Shown here: positions 13,681 to 27,728 of the stretch, in pieces
Layout of the letters: each line of letters opens with the position of its first letter
Numbering within the stretch: the stretch's first letter is position 1
Assembly (NCBI GenBank): GCA_013239625.1
Contig: MU053994.1
Location: 3,167,589 to 3,231,588 of the forward strand
Length of the DNA stretch: 64,000 bases
Origin: Lama guanicoe
Taxonomy: Eukaryota
Direction: 5' to 3'
Translations under genes and position numbers: made by a program
The notes under the pieces: generated by a model
Database searches by the model: none
The model's input: the letters and a program-made list of their open reading frames with translations, nothing else
Told to the model about the DNA's origin: nothing

Positions 13681-14540
13681 AGCTCTATAGTTTTTTCAAA
13701 AACGACTTTTTCTTTTGGAGAAAATTGAGATTTACAGAAAAGTTGTGAAGCTGGTACAGAGTTCCCATGCACCCCTCACCAAGCTTCCCCTAATGTTAGC
13801 ATTTTGCATAATGTACATGGTATGCTCGTCAGAATGCAGGAACCAATGTTGGTACATTATTATTAACCAAACTACAGACTTTGTTTGGATTTCCCGTCTT
13901 TCCACTGACGTCATTTTTTGTCCCAGGATCCAATCTGAGATAGTACATTTAGTGCATGTAGTTTTTTCCAATTTTTCAATTAGAAAATAGCATTAGAACA
14001 CTTTGATATAATAAAAAAGACCCCAATTTATAATCATTTGAATTTATCAACTCCAAAGATTAACAATAAGATGTTAAACTGGTATGATCATCAAAATTAA
14101 AATTCAGTGAAATTTAAATAAAATAAATTTAAGCCATTGCTAAAAACAATTGTCTTTTTTGTAATAGTCTTTTTAGACTTAAAATTTATACATTATGGTG
14201 AATGCATAACGTTCACCCAGCTCTGTAGTGATGTGATATGAAAAGCTCATAGATCATAAGTGCAGAGCTGGATAAATATCACAAACAACCTCCAGAACAA
14301 GGAACAGAATGTGATGTTTGCCCCAGAAGCCCCCCTCATGCCGTATTTCAGACACTTCCTCCCAAAGGTAACCACCATCCTGATTTCTAATAGCGTAGAA
14401 GAGTTTTGCCTGGTTTTGTACTTCATGTAAATAGAATCATACAATGTGTGCTCTTTTGGGTTAGGCTTTTTTTTTTTTTTTTTTTTCATGTGAGAGTCAT
14501 TCATTTGTTGCGTGTACTTGCAGTTCATTCTCGTTGCTAT

Positions 14541-14753
14541 AGAGCCAACTTTTTCTGTACAGGGCCAGAGAGTAAAGGTTTGAAATTTCTGGGTCATATG
14601 GTCTCTTGCAACTACTCAACTCTGCTGATGCAGGTGAAAGCAGCCTTAAACAGAATGTGGACAAATGAGCATGGCTGTGTCCCAATAAAACTTTATTTAC
14701 AAAAACAGGAAGCAGGCTGGATTTCGTCTGTAGGTTATAGCTTGCAGACCCTG
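14541..14753. mobile_element. MER58A-like MITE
   Basis: ...tctgtacagggccaga...ccaataaaactttatttacaaaaacagg... matches the recalled consensus. Confidence 0.8.
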
Positions 14754-17700
14754 ACGTACAGTATCCCATTGTGTGACTATCCACAATTTATGGCTCCATG
14801 CTATTGCTGAGGCATGTTCTAGGAGTTTTCAGCTTGGGGCTGTTAGGAATGGTGCTGCTCTGAACATTCTAGTACATGAATTTCTCTTGGGTGTACACCC
14901 AGGAGCAGAATAGATACTACCAAATGGTTTTCCAATTTGACTATACCAATTTACACTCCCAGCAACAGTGTATGAGAGTTCAATTATTCTACATCCTTAT
15001 CAACACTTGGGATTGTCTTTTGAGCCATCCTGGTAGGTGTGAAGTGGTATCACATGGTTTGCATTTATAATTCCCTGGTAATTAATGAAGTTGAGCAACT
15101 TTACACGGACTTTTGTGAAGTGTGTGTTCAAGTCTTTCATCCTTTCCTGTCAATGTTTGCCTGCTATTTCGATTACTTTTTCATATGAACATTTTCATGT
15201 TTTTACAGGGTCCACATATGTCATTAAGATTTTGCTTAGTTGTCACCCATATTGCTGTGTATCATGTTGTTTTCATTATTCACTGTTATCAATAGCCTGA
15301 ATGCTTTTGTTCAATATAGGTTGGGGGTGTGTGTGTGTGTGGGGGGGAGTTCTTTGTGAGTTATACTCCCTAGAATAAAATTACTGTGCCAAAGAGTATG
15401 AATACTTTTATAGTTCTTGTTATATGTAATAATTGTATATTTTATATTATGTTTTCATTGTTTAAAAAATATTCTTTTACAGAGTTGTATTAGTTCACTC
15501 TTTTGATTAAAGGGTACAGAAATTGAACTCAAAACCGTTAAAACCTCAGAGGGAGTTTCTTGGGGGCAGAAGGGGAGGGGAGTTGTTATCTAATGGGTAC
15601 AGAATTTCAGTTTGGGATGATGGAAAAGTTCTGGAGAAGGATAGTGGTGATGTTGCCTAACAATGTGTGCCTACTTAATGCCACTGAATTGTACTCTTAA
15701 AAAGGGTTAAAATGGTAAATTTTATGTTCTATATATTTTATCACAATTTTTTTAGGAAGGGGGGAGTTTTTTTGGCTCTTGCAACTGGACTTGCTTCAGG
15801 CATGGCTGGATCCAGGGGTCCAAACAATATCATTAGGACTCTGGTCCTCTCACTCCTATGTCTTCATTCTTTTCTTTGTGTAGATTTCAGTCTCAGGTAG
15901 ACTGTCTCCACAGGGCAGTTGAGATGGTCACCAGCCTCATGAGATTTACGTCCTCCTTAACTCTCAGAATCCTGGAGAATCTACCATGACTTTCTCCCCC
16001 AGTGTTCATATCAGTCTTTGAAAAGGGCTTTTGATTGTCCTGTGTGGACCACATGCCCATTCTAGGACAATCACTATCTCCAGGAGAATGAATTACTCTG
16101 GCCACCTGGGTCACCTCCTCACCACAGAACCAGGGCATTGACAGTTCCACCAAAGTCGCACAGAGTGGGAGATAGGAAGTTCCCCTGAGAAAGACATGAT
16201 CTCTGTTACCAGAAGGGAGTAGAAATGAGGCAGGGCAAAAAGAACAGATGTCCACTACGTATGTTCTGGATTTCCTGTGTAACCCAAGCACTTCCAAAGA
16301 GAGCATTTAAATGTGTCAAAACATTCCTATGTGACTGGCATTTTGTTTTCTTTATTTCTAAAAAATTTAATGCCTTGTGGTTTGACCATTTGGTGGACAG
16401 TACTTCTGCCTTTCTGTGAATACCAAACCTAATAAGTTGAATAAACTTGTTAATGTGTGCTGAATGAATGAAAGAATGGGTCTTTGTGTTCCAATAAAAG
16501 ATCATAGTTTTTCATGTGTTTATTTGCGAATGATATGATCTATGTACATTTCGGAAAAGACTATATGAACTTGTCCCATTTTTAGTTTCTCCACATGTCT
16601 GTTAAACTCATACTGTTTATGGAATTGTTTTCTGGCATGTAGCACAGAAATTCTGGAACATAGTGAGCCCCCTTCCCCCAAATATTTGTTGAATGAGTTA
16701 TTCAATCATGTAGTATTTCCCAGTATATTCTTTGTCTATTATTTCCCAAATGGAATGTTGAGGGTTCCAAGTAAAATAATACTTTTTAAAAATTTCTTCT
16801 TGCTTTTCTGTCTATTTTCTTTTCCAGGCTTGTTGCAATGGTTTCTGTAACACACACATTCAGTATTTTTCAATTTTCATAATTTAATGTACATTTGGCC
16901 ATTATGTAACGACCTCATTTATTGTACTGCCTTTTGCTATTGCATCTGCTTTATCTGCTACCAAAACAGTAATCCCAGCTTTTCTTCTGTGGAATAGAAG
17001 GAATATCCTCTTACACTGCCGTTCCGTTGATTTTTTTGCTTTGTGTGTCTCTTCTAAGCAACAAATTGTTAGATTTTGTTCTTTTAACAGTCAATGAGCT
17101 GCCTTTTTTTTTTAATAGGAGAGTTCAGCCTATTTACATTTAATACTTTAATTGGTGAAATTTTACCATATCCCATTTCCTTTTAAATTGATTTAAATTT
17201 TCATTTGTTCTCTCCCTTTCAATTTATGGACTTTATGGGGGGTACTTTCACCTTTTCATTTCCTTTTGAATTCTATTGGAAGGTAACCTTCACCAATCGG
17301 TTTTTTCTAACGTTTTTGATTTATCAGCCTTTTACACAACTGTTTAGTTCTAGTATTTACTTCTATTATTGACCCGGGATACTCTGAATTCTCCTATAGG
17401 AATGTTAAAAGCCTAGTTTTAAAAATTTTATTCTCTGTTCTCTGCCCTCCCACCTTCAAGCATCTATGGTAGTGAGATATTCTTATTAAAATTCAAACTG
17501 TACCATTATTTCTCAAAATATTTACAGATTTATTTTTTCTCTTCAAAGCTGTCTTTTGGTGAGGTTAGAATGTACTAATCTCTCATTGCATCTTGCTGTG
17601 TGCGGACCTCTGTTGTCTCTAAATTTTCTTTTGGGGTTAAACCAGATCCTCAAGGATCTGTGTACCTGTTCCCCACTTTGTAGGCATTTGTAGCATGATG

Positions 17701-17932
17701 TTTATGGAAATTTGCTTTGACATTATGCCCTCCGCCTATGTTCAAGACTATAATGAGAAGTATCCGTATTTAATTCTTTCCTATATTTATTGTAGAGATG
17801 GTTTTGAAATCTTGTTTTGCTTGTTTGTTTGTTTCACTATCCCAATGCCCGTCGTATGTATATATGTGGACCTGGGGAGAATATTTTCCATAGTAACAGT
17901 GGAATTGTGTAATTGATTGCATTTCTATCTTT

Positions 17933-18030
17933 TTAAAAATAGAAGTACAGTCAATTACAAAGTGTCAATTTCTGATGTACAGCACAATGTCCCAGTCATG
18001 CATATATATATATATATTCATTTTCATATT
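17933..18030 (-). mobile_element. Short L1 3'-end insertion
   Basis: TSD catttctRtcttt at ~17920-17932 and 18031-18043. Confidence 0.75.
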
Positions 18031-18849
18031 CATTTCTGTCTTTGATGGGGCTGCTGACAGTTGTGTCAACTTTGAAAGTCAACTCTAAAAACAGTATATA
18101 ATCTTATGTCATAAATTTTAGGCATTAACCTTAGCTTTATCTTATTTTTCCTGTCCTGTTTTTGTTCCTGTTCAATTTCTTCATTTTGGTTAGAAAACAT
18201 TGAGGGAGAAAAATTCTTGTTGTAGAGATCCAGTTTATTTTATTTTGCTTGTGTGTGTGTGTTGTATGCTACTAGAATCCCTTTTGGAAAGAGATAAGTT
18301 TCAAAGAAAAACAAATAATAAGATTTTTTTTTATTCCAAGTCTGCTCAATGGATATTTCCCAAAAGATTGGCTGAGCATCTCCAAATCTGTGGCTCATCA
18401 CCTGTGGACATCCACCCACTAGAATTATGTGGGGCTGAAGCTTTGCTTGATAATCTACTTAAGTGAAAGAATACTCTTCAATCTTTATGATAATCTTCCG
18501 TGTGGAGTTCTGTTGTTTCCACAAAAATCTTACATCCAAGGAAACCACAAGCGAACTCATTTCTGATAGATATTTATAAAATGAACTTAGAGATGGCTTC
18601 TGGGATCTATATGATGGATTTTCATGTTCAATTTAATTCATCTTGATGTTGGAAAAATAACAATGCTTTTCTGCACACTCACCCAATTTGGTGGCACAAG
18701 CTGACCAGAGATTCCCATGAGACTATTTTTACTATAAATCCAAGCCTTGTAGTTGAGTCTCTGCCAATAGTATTAGGTCAGTTGCATATTTTGCTTTCTT
18801 ATTATGGATAAAGGTGTGGTAGGAGAAATGCTTATTAGTTTAAGAGCCG

Positions 18850-19384
18850 GTGGTAGCACTGTTTGTTGCTTATCATGCAGCTAATCCCCCACCTACATTG
18901 CTAACAGAACCCTGATTTTGTTTGGACCACCATGTGGTTAGCCTCAGGGGACAAGGAGCCTTAAGTTTAGCTTATCATAGCCCTCTTGTTCCTTATGTCC
19001 AGAGACTTGCTTTCCCATCTTCCTTTGCAGTTAAGAGTAGCCATGTGACCTGTCAAGGCCAATAAGATTGAAGGAGAAGTCTGCTGGGGGCTTTATGGAA
19101 AAAATTTTCTCTTGCTGCTAAGAAGCAGAGAGATGAGGAGAAGGTGGTGGCTTCCCTGGATGCGTCTCTCTGCCTCCTTCCTTTGAATGTGCAGGAAGTC
19201 AGTGTCTGGAGCTGCGGCTGTCATCTTGCAACAAGCCTGAAGGCAAGAAGCCAACACGCAATGGTGGCAGAATGGAAGGCAGGTAAGCACCAGGGTCTTC
19301 AGTGGCGACACCTGCAGAACCAACCCTGAGCCCACCTACCTCAGACCTCTTACTAAGTAAACAATGTGTCTTTATGTGTTAAGA
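18850..19384 (+). mobile_element. MLT1-like LTR
   Basis: tttgcagttaag...ccatgtgac...ggccaataaga...gccaacac...tggcagaatggaag motifs. Confidence 0.6.
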
Positions 19385-20490
19385 TAGTGGCTCTCAGAGT
19401 GTGTTCTGGGGATCTCTGCGGATCCCTGGGACCCTTTAAGAGGCCCCACAAGAACAAAATTTTCATAATATTGTAGCCAAGCAGGACCCTATGGAGCCTT
19501 CCTGGTACAGACCCCTCCAAGTCCTCCACCTGCCTCTTGTTTGTAGAAAAAAATTAGCCTTCTAGTCCTTCCCCGAGTTCCAAGGAGTAAATTTAATCAG
19601 AGGAGTAAGAAACTATAGAAACAAAGGAAAACATTCAAGCAAGACAAAATAATAATAGTTTAGCCATTAAACAAAGTCAAGGACTTTTAGTCCCTCCTCA
19701 AGGGCTACTGATAATATTCTGAGCCAAATCCTTGAGCTGTTTTGCAGAGACTGAAACCCCCACCAGGTGGGAAAAGTTAACTGCATGCTGCCCACAAGCA
19801 CGCAGACCCCAGACCAGGTGGAATCAGAAGGTTGACGATGTTGACTCCCAATTACCTCGCCACCAACCAATCAGAAGAATGTCCACGAGCTGATCACACA
19901 CCCTGCAACGCTCTCCCTCATCCTGTCTTTAAAAACCTTTCCCTGAAAGCCATCGGGAAGTTCAGGACTTTTGCTGGACCCCTTGCTCGGTGCCTGCAAT
20001 AAATGCTGCACTTTCCTTCTCTATGAGCCGCTGTCCGTAGATTGGCGAGCAGATCCCAGTTTGGTTCCGTAACAGTGGTACTTAAGCTGCTATTTGCCCT
20101 TTCACCCTTATTCTTTCAGGAGCATACAGTGGGGTTTTCCAGAGGCTGCATGTTGTTTAATATCATAACAGATTGATGGGAGAAGCAGCTAGAAAATCCA
20201 GCTGTCTTCTATTAAGTCAGACATGAAAGCTTTGCAAAAATGTGTCATTCTCACTCAGTTTTTTGGTTTTGTCTTGGAAAATAGAGCTATTTTTCATAAA
20301 AATGTACTCCCTTTGTTAACTGGCAGTGGCCTTGTTATTTTCAAATGAATACAAATTTTAAAGTTTCTCAGTTTTAACATTTTATACAGTAAATCTTCAT
20401 AGATATAACCCACATAAAGGCTTTTGGGGATCCTCAATAATTTTGAAGAATGTAGAGGAGTCCTATAAACCAAACAAACCTGAGAGCTGC
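19385..20490. mobile_element. hAT-Charlie1-like element split by a solo LTR
   Basis: Homologous to 12893-13680. Confidence 0.7.
19472..20074 (+). mobile_element. Solo ERV1-type LTR inserted in a hAT-Charlie element
   Basis: TGTAG...TAACA termini, CCAAT, TATA-like TTTAAAAA, AATAAA at 19998-20003. Confidence 0.8.
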
Positions 20491-23400
20491 TGATCAAAGG
20501 CATAATTAGGTGGATTTTTCTGTTAATTGCTGCAGAAATCGTTAATTTCTGAAAAGCATTCCTGAGTAATTTGGAACAAAATTCTTCTTGGGTGAGCACT
20601 GTCTTTGTTTAGAAAAGCAAGCTGATGGGCCATTGTGGTTGCAGAAAGATAGCAGGGCTGGGGCCACCTGGGAATGAGACAAAGAGAGAGCCAGGCTGCT
20701 CAGCATAAGAAAAGAAATGAGAATCTGGGGTGAGTTAGCTCGGAGAGGAACAAAGGAGAGGGAGGTGGCCGGCAAAGTAGCTGGAGGTGGAGCTAAGTGG
20801 GAGAGATGCTCTGGGAAGGGGAAGGGACCTCTAGGGGGAAAGGGGCGTGGAGTGAGGGGGGGATGTACGGCTGAAGGCTGCCGACATTCTGTCTTAAACT
20901 GTCCAAGCCCTCAGCCAAAGTCTGCTACAATTTACAACAGCCTTGGTTAGTGGAGCTTTGGAGAGATCGAGGAAAAGGGACTTTATTACATGTTATAGGA
21001 CGGGGAGAGAAAACAAGAGCTGACGTGTGGGTGACGGAGAATTCTGAGCAAGCCGGAAATTAGAACCGGAAGTCACTAGGTCAAAAGGACCCTTCTGTTC
21101 CACCCCTCTATCCCATGATTCCTTGTAGATATTGGGAAAGGACACAAGGTTTCCCATCACAAGGGGATTTGAAACCATTGTATTAGAATTTCAAAGAGCA
21201 GCGTCACTGTAGCTGGTGCCTGCATTAGCAATGCGCCGGTCAGCTATTTCCCAGCGGGGTTGGCATTTAACGGCTGAAAAATTGCCCTCATCCCTTTCTA
21301 GGTGCCAGGAGACAGGAATCTTGCAGCTCCTCACTTCCTGGTGAGGACTTAAAAAGCAGGCTTAGGTCTCTGGGGATCTTTTTGGAGGCAGTCACGTTGA
21401 TTTTTCCAAACATGCAATCTCAGCATTTGATTTTATTACTGCTGCCCTCTGGGTTTTGGCAAGCTTACCTAAAAGATGGCTACTTTTAATGTTCATTTAC
21501 TGTGTTTACAAAGAAAAAGGTTTCTCTTGCCAGCATGCTTTCACTCAGATTTGGGGACTCAGTACTTATTTAATATGTTTTTAAAGTCTAATGAGGAGTT
21601 AGTAAGCATTTGGAAACTGCAGCTTGCAGGATGAAAGCAGCCATCTGTGGCTATGACATCATCGCTGTTAATTACCCCTTTGCAAAAATCTGCCTGAATG
21701 GAGAAAAGGTGGGTGTGTCTATGTGGGTATTTAACGTGATGATTAAAATATATTAATGATAGTTTTCACTTCTCAAGCATCATACATCTTAGGATCTTTA
21801 AAAGTGCTTCCACAGGCTTTAATTAGCTCTTGTAATTCTACTAGGAAGAAGTAAAAACAGCCCCATTTTACAAAAGAGGAAAGTGAAACACAAGGAGAAG
21901 GGTTCTGTTTGGGGGTAGGATAAAGCTGCCTCCCCACTGCTCAGCAATGAACTCAACCTTTCGCCTTTGCTTGACCAAGAATTGACATTCATGAGCTTTT
22001 AATGAGAAGCACAAATTGGTTCCTATCTTAATACGCTAGACGCCTGAGCTAAAATAGAATATTCTGGGGTTCATGAGATTATTACTTATTATAAGCCACC
22101 TATAGGCTATAAGCCACCTCTAGGTCCTAAGGTTATCTAAACAAACAAAAAAACAAGAAAACCAAAATAATAAATCAAGTGGACTATAAGGCTCAGGAGT
22201 TCTGATTTTCAGCTTCTTCTTTAGTTTAACCATTTTGAATTCTGGGTTATTTATGAAACTGTTCTAGATCAGAAAAGGAAAGCATAATTACCAATTATTC
22301 CACTGTTATAGGTTGTTTTCATTTTCAGTGAAGGAAATATTGGAAAGTTGATAGGAATGCATGGAAGGAAATGCAGAGAAAAACACAAAATTTTCTCCCC
22401 ACCAAATATATTTAGCTATAGATCTGAAAGGGGCCAAATGAGGGACATACTATTTAAAGGCTATTATGAAAGGATTTCAGACACACACAAAAGTAGAGAC
22501 ACCCCCATGTATTCATCACTCAGTTTCCACACTTACCAACTTTATGCTATTTTTATTTCAGTTCTCCCCTGCCACTTGTTTTGTGGTAGTATTTCAAAGC
22601 AAATCCCAGATATCATTTCACCATAAATACTTCTGTATTTTTCCTAATGCATAAGAATTTTAAAAATAGAGCCATGATACCATTAGCACACCCAACAGAA
22701 AACCAGTTCTTTAATATTATCTAATAATCAGTTTGTATTTCATTTGTGTTGATTCAAAATTGTCCAAAAATTGCAATGACTGATATCTCTTAAGTCTCTT
22801 TTACTTAACAGATCTCCTTTCTTCCCTGCCCTGTTCCATTAATTTGTTGGGAAAACTGGATCATTTGTCCTGCTGAACTTTCCACAGTCTATATCTAGCT
22901 TACTGTATCTTTGGTGTCTTTTAACATATTTCTCCATCCTTCATATTTCTTTAAATGGTAGCTAGATCTGGAGGCTTGATTAGCTTCAGGTTCCTTTTCT
23001 GTTTCTGCCCCAAATACTTAAACGCTAGCGCTGCGAACTTTCTATTATGTCACATCAGGAGGCACCTAATGTCTGGTTGTGCCATTTCAGGAGCATGTTT
23101 AAGAATGATCCATAGGATCCATAATTTCATTGCAGTGTAGTGATTTCCTCATTCTAGCACTTCTGCGTTTATTAGCCATGAGTCTTTTATAAAGAAAAAC
23201 TTTCCCTCATCAACTAATGTATTTAGTTACCCTGAAATACAGCCCATAAAGGAAAGGCAAGATAAATGCTTGATTCTTTTCCTTTAGTTATCACCTTTCA
23301 GAATAATGCCCTAGTAACCTGCAAAATCTACTGCCGAGCTTTTCCAAGTACCATTATAAGCTCACGGATTTAACAAGTATATTTCATTTGATGCGTTTCA

Positions 23401-23859
23401 GTTCATTACAGTCAATTCTTACTGATGCTTCTCCCTCCCACCTTGGCCAGTGGAACCACTCAACTTTTCTTCTACCCAAGTATCGTTGACAGCATGTCTT
23501 CTGAAATAATAAGATGTCCCAGGATCATGTTATACTTTGCCTGTCCCAAACCTGGAAACAACTTCTTCAAGGAGCTCTGGTTCCCTTTACTGGGAAATGA
23601 AGAGACCTACTTTTGATGCAATGTAAAAAGCAATGATTTCAAAAGAGGCTCCAAAGTGTCTCTTTGGGCGGCAGGCTGCGTTTGTTGAGTGATATGGCAG
23701 GAAGGGACCCTGAGCCAGCTCTTCATTTAGAGATGAGCAAACAGGGTATCAGCCACCATTAGAGCTACACAGCCGGGTCAGGAGAGCAAGCCTCTGCGAG
23801 ACCCTCCCCAGGGTGTGACCTTTGGCAAGTCAGGCCCTCGCCCTGGCATCCCTTTCAGC

Positions 23860-24400
23860 TGGATATTCTGCGGCTCCAGGTGCGTGACTAACGTTTCCGG
23901 CACAGACGCGCCCTGGGACTTTCCCGGGCCCCCGTCCCGCCCCGCCCCGCCGAGCTGGTGAGAGTGGCGCGCGGGGGCGGGGAGCTGCTGGGGACCGGGG
24001 GCGGGGAGCCACTGCTCGTGGGTTCCGGAGCCTCAGCGCCTCCTGGCGGCCCCGCCTCTTCACCTTCGAGGGGTGGGAGCCGGGCAGGTGGACACCCCCG
24101 GAAGCTGCAGAGGTTTCGCAAGGACGTGATTTTAAGGCGCAAAAAACCCCACTGTGTCATGCGTGGTTGCCGACCGGGGTTAGCGAGCTGAACTAGTTCT
24201 CCAACGCCCAGGGAGGGAGGGAGGAGCTGGGCCGAAAGATCCAGGCCTGCGGCTCGCTGCCTTGCTGCCCCTCCATTAGCTCGGTAGCGCGCCCTGCGCC
24301 CCGGGCGGGGCTGCTACGGAAGGGGGCGCAAGCCCGCACGCCTACTGTGTCCGGTCTTGCAGTGGGGGCGACGGCACTCCATCAGGCGTCAGCGGAATGA
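23860..24400. promoter_or_regulatory. CpG island with GC boxes
   Basis: Dense CpG, tandem CCCGCCCCGCCCCGCC (~23936-23951), GGGGCGGGG (~23974), CCGGAAG (~24098). Confidence 0.75.
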
Positions 24401-25288
24401 AAGCACTGTTTTTTCTGCCCCTCCCCTCCCCCCAATTCCAGAAATGAGGCCCATGAGCTCAGCCAGATCTAAGCAGGCTCCACGGAGCTGCATTTCCATT
24501 GGAAGGTTGGAAGTGAAAGGGCTGGGAAAGCAAAATGGTTTGCTAATGGAGAACAAAGGAGTTGGAGTTAGGTGCTGTAGCCACAGAATGGGTTCCGCCA
24601 CGGTAGTTTAGCGATGCCTGGCAGCAAGTGGAGTGGTTCCCTCCCCTTCCCCATTCTCTGCGTGCAGGATGGGGATCGATTGTGTCCCGCAATAACCGAG
24701 GGACTGAGTCCTTGCTTCACCTCACCTGTCACCATGGGGATCAGGTCACTTAACCTTTGTGGGCTTCAGTTTCCCTACCCGAAGAATGATGGTCTGGACT
24801 AAGTCGTGGGATAGTTTCAAGTACTATAAGGCTCAGAAAGTGAGGGTATCTCTCCTGAGGCCAGCAAGTAAGTCAGAGAAAAAGACTCGGCCAGAGGCCA
24901 AGGCTGTCACTCACCCCAGTCGTCTTTCTAAAGTCCCCCCACCCTATTCTCACGTGGGCTTCATGAGCAAATATTTGTGTACTACTGCCTGCGTGCGAAA
25001 CATCCGCTCACCCCTGGTGTTTGTGGGACTTGGAATAAGAGTACACACAGAGGACCACATACCATATGTCTAAATATTTAAAAGTTATAAATCAAGCTAA
25101 CAAACTATTAACTAAAATGTGTTCCAGTCTCCTACCTTGACAGATATACTGCTATAAATAACAATCTGGAAGGCTAGGTTCAAGTTTGAAATTCTTGTAT
25201 TCCTCAGTGTTCTGAGCTGGAATGTGGTAGCCGAGAGTGGCTTCCCTCTTTTCCCAGTCTGCGTCCATCCCACATGGTTAGCTGATAG

Positions 25289-25995
25289 TGAGACCCCCCT
25301 AATTTGGAGACCCACCAAAGTGTGGGTCCTTGCCTGCCACCTAGAAAGAATTTACAGCTGAGGCAGAGGGACAGAGTGAAAACTGCTTTTATTTCTCAAA
25401 AGAGGAAAGGAAGGAAAGTGCTTGAGCAGGGAGAAGGAAAGAAAAGCAATCAAGTGGGAAAAGGAAGCACTTGAGTGAGGAGCCCTCAGCCAAGATGGCC
25501 GGAGAGACAGCTCTGGCCCGGGTTGGCCCACGTGAACTTTCATGTGAGGCTTCTGCCATCATGTCCTTCTGGGTGTGATGGAGCCAATCAGTCCTTGTAG
25601 GGGCTTTTCCGGTGGTTGTCATGGCAATCGTCAACTGTCATGGTGTTGGTGGGTGGGTTATTTAGCATGATAATACATTAAGGTGAGCGAATAATGAGGT
25701 TCAAGGTCCACTGGAAGTCAAATCCTACACTATCTCGGGCGTTGGTTCTAATTGAGTTCTTGTTTCTTCTCCTTGCAACTGCTTCCTGAGACTTAGATAA
25801 TTGGTTTCTATTCGAGGGAGGGGCAGGAGTATGATCCTGGGGGCAACAGCCTTGGTAAGAAAAAGGAAAGTTGCTTTTAAGCAGAATGCCTGCATGCCTG
25901 GAATCTGGTGGACCCAGCATCCCCCCTGTCCAAAAAAATTTCCAAAGATTCTGTTCAGCCATGAAAGTTTTAAAGGGAAATGAAGAATCATCTCA
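25289..25995 (-). mobile_element. Solo ERV1-type LTR
   Basis: TGAGA...TCTCA inverted termini, near-perfect 4-bp TSD (ATAG/ATCG), minus-strand AATAAA near 25390, internal similarity to the LTR at 59374-59882. Confidence 0.7.
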
Positions 25996-27514
25996 ATCGT
26001 TGAGCTAGGTGGTCAGAGTCGTGGCCATCCCCCAGTGCCTGGAGGCTTGTCCTAATCAACTGTCTGAGCCTGCTCTTCTGTGACTCAGGGAGGCCTGGAA
26101 GTCTCCAGCTCCTCTATAAACAAGAGGCAGGAGTTCAGGAGGGGGGTGCCACAGGGTGCTGCTCCCTTTCACCGCCACCAGGACCATTTCCCACACATGT
26201 CCTCAAGTGCAAACAGCTGTCCTTTAAGGGGCCACTTCTCAAATGTGCACAGTGGTGGCACAGTCTACCCTCAGGAGGATGGGCTAAGAAAAGCAGGTTC
26301 AGAATCTGTTGGGCAGGGAATCCTGAGGTCCCAGGTACCCGAAACTTGGTGGGCATGTCCTTGGTCCCCTGACTCCTCGCCTTCCATCTTGCCCAGTCTG
26401 AAGGTGGTACCTCAGGCTTTATGGGGCTGCAGACTTGGACCAAGTACAGCCCTGGACCATCCAAACACTATAAAGGGCAAGCTGGATGCCTGTGAGTGAG
26501 GATGGAGGGTGCCAAGAAGGGGCTCATTTCTTACATGAGGTAGCACTTGTGCTAAACCTACAGAGGTGGATGGGGTTTCAGCAGGTGGAGAAGTGGGAAA
26601 AGAAAGGAGCAAAGGCCTGAGGACCAGCCATCCAGGGTTGGTTGTCTGTGAATTGTGACCGCAGTAGAAAGGCTGGAGGCGAATCTGTGTCCTCCTGTTA
26701 ACAGGCTGTACTTCCAGTATCGCTGTACCACCACGTAGGGTGGGGCTGCCAGCTGTGGAGCCCCTGTGGGGCAGCCTCACCCGTCAGAGCAGGATGAGAG
26801 ACCCTACAGCCCATCCCAGGGGAGCTCCGCATTGAGCAAAAGTCCCCACCATACCTCCTTGGTAATCAGCAATTCTTTACCAATTCAAAATTGGGGAAGC
26901 TTAGCGACTCCCAGCTTTCATAAGGAATTTAGCCGCCCAGATTTGCTGTAAGAAATGAGCCCGGAAAGAAGTCTTCTTTAGGAATCATTGCGTCTACATC
27001 ATTTTGTCTGCCAGCCAGAGGCTGCTGGAGGAGGAAGGCCCCTCATCTCCTCTGAGAGCAGCCTCTACCCAAGGGTGGGAGTTGGTGGACAAGTGCCCCA
27101 GCTCCCTGCCCTGCAGGGGGGATAATTCTGAGGTATGTGCTCTGTCCTACAGTTTGCCTCGGGATTACGCTCTGTTGCCCCCAGCACCAATTTATTTGAT
27201 AAAACCATTGATGTCTGCCTTCTCCACTCTCCTGCTGGTGTGTGCGCAATCGTTTCACAAATCAAGTACTTCCCTTTGTATCTCAGGATCTGCCTCTGGG
27301 GGAATCTGAACTCAGCATAAGGACATTTCATGTTGCTGTAGGGCTCGAGGTACCTCATCTGCAAATAAAAGCATTGAATGAAGCCCTCCTTCCTGGGCTC
27401 TGCTGGGAGTTTGCCTCATTTACCTGCCTTGTATCAAATGAGACAGGGCACCTTGCTTTGTTTCACTCGGTGCCAGGCTGAACATGCCGGCAGGCGCTGC
27501 CTTGGCGAAATGGT

Positions 27515-27527
27515 CTTGTCTCCATGT

Positions 27528-27573
<46 letters not shown>

Positions 27574-27728
27574 TGTGCAAGCAGGAGGCATAGGGAGGGG
27601 AGAAATGGAAAGAATCTGGTATCCAAGCCCCCTTGTCTCCATGTGGTGTGTGTGTGTGTGTGTGTGTACGTGTGCAAGCAGGAGGCATAGGGAGGGGAGA
27701 AATGGAAAGAATCTGGTATCCAAGCCCC
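27515..27728. repeat. Two-copy tandem duplication (117 and 97 bp), each containing a (GT)n tract
   Basis: Identical flanks. (GT)21 at 27529-27570 versus (GT)11 at 27646-27667. Confidence 0.95.
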
